From positions 1 to 15,589 of the forward strand of contig JBDRLB010000030.1 of NCBI GenBank assembly GCA_043813365.1: a stretch of DNA of 15,589 bases, written 5' to 3'. Below the pieces are notes generated by a model, which made no database searches, had not been told where the DNA came from, and saw only the letters and a program-made list of their open reading frames with translations. Positions 15,270 through 15,589 of this stretch are shown one piece after another (within the stretch, counting starts at the first letter, position 1; each line of letters opens with the position of its first letter). This DNA is from Candidatus Micrarchaeota archaeon (GTDB lineage Archaea; Micrarchaeota; Micrarchaeia; Norongarragalinales; SBBD01). The translations under genes were made by a program, and so were the position numbers.

Positions 15270-15589
15270 TTTTTCACTTTTTCCAAAACATCTAGTGAAG
15301 CTTTATCATTCGGCTTATATCTCAATACTTTTCTCGCAATTTTGACTGCCTCTTCATCGGAGATTAGTTTATCGGGTAAAATATTGAAAAAAAGCAGCCA
15401 TTGTAAATTATCAACATTTGTTGGTTCGAGTTCAACGGATCTGCGTGCATGGAAAAGAGCTAAATTGTATGCGTTTGGTAGGTGATTTATTCCATTAGAT
15501 AAAATGACCGATGCTATTCTGTGGTAGTACGCTGTTTCCTTATCACAAATTAAAAACCAAATAAAGCTGTAAGGGGCTATGCTTTCCTT
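15266..15589 (-). CDS. Partial (5'-truncated by window edge) helical/TPR-like protein; possible immunity protein of an upstream toxin
   Basis: Not in the ORF track. My translation is open for 107 codons: KESIAPYSFIWFLICDKETAYYHRIASVILSNGINHLPNAYNLALFHARRSVELEPTNVDNLQWLLFFNILPDKLISDEEAVKIARKVLRYKPNDKASLDVLEKVKK*. It has TPR-like 'ALFHARRSVELEP' and 'ARKVLRYKP' segments, and its TGA overlaps the Rhs ATG. Confidence 0.7.
   Translation of the reverse strand, partial: KESIAPYSFIWFLICDKETAYYHRIASVILSNGINHLPNAYNLALFHARRSVELEPTNVDNLQWLLFFNILPDKLISDEEAVKIARKVLRYKPNDKASLDVLEKVKK

Noticed and set aside
12339..15589. Diversity-generating retroelement or transposon as the cause of variability
   Set aside because: No reverse transcriptase, TR/VR repeat pair, transposase or terminal repeats seen in the window.

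Overview
Archaeal genomic DNA (exosome Csl4, eS26, NadM, archaeal TATA boxes, SlyD-type FKBP). It is compact and probably from a DPANN lineage such as Micrarchaeota, which is an inference. The left part (1-8900) is housekeeping: csl4, a short TsaC/Sua5, a YdjM-like membrane hydrolase, nadM, rdgB, a type IIA Ca2+ P-type ATPase, a DUF475/TerC-like protein, a Zn-ribbon protein, an N-terminally anchored FKBP, eS26 and a small membrane protein. The right part (8924-15589, all minus strand, tightly coupled) looks like the tail of an archaeal Rhs polymorphic toxin-immunity locus. In transcription order it holds: (1) a partial low-GC helical protein, possibly immunity; (2) an N-terminally truncated, chimeric Rhs core with an Ig/CARDB-like insertion and a low-GC Gly-rich C-terminal tip; (3) a 2-TM UspB-like candidate immunity protein; (4) a 1018-aa secreted beta-helix surface protein. 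No tRNA, rRNA, CRISPR array or transposase was seen. All family calls come from motif recognition by eye, not database searches.
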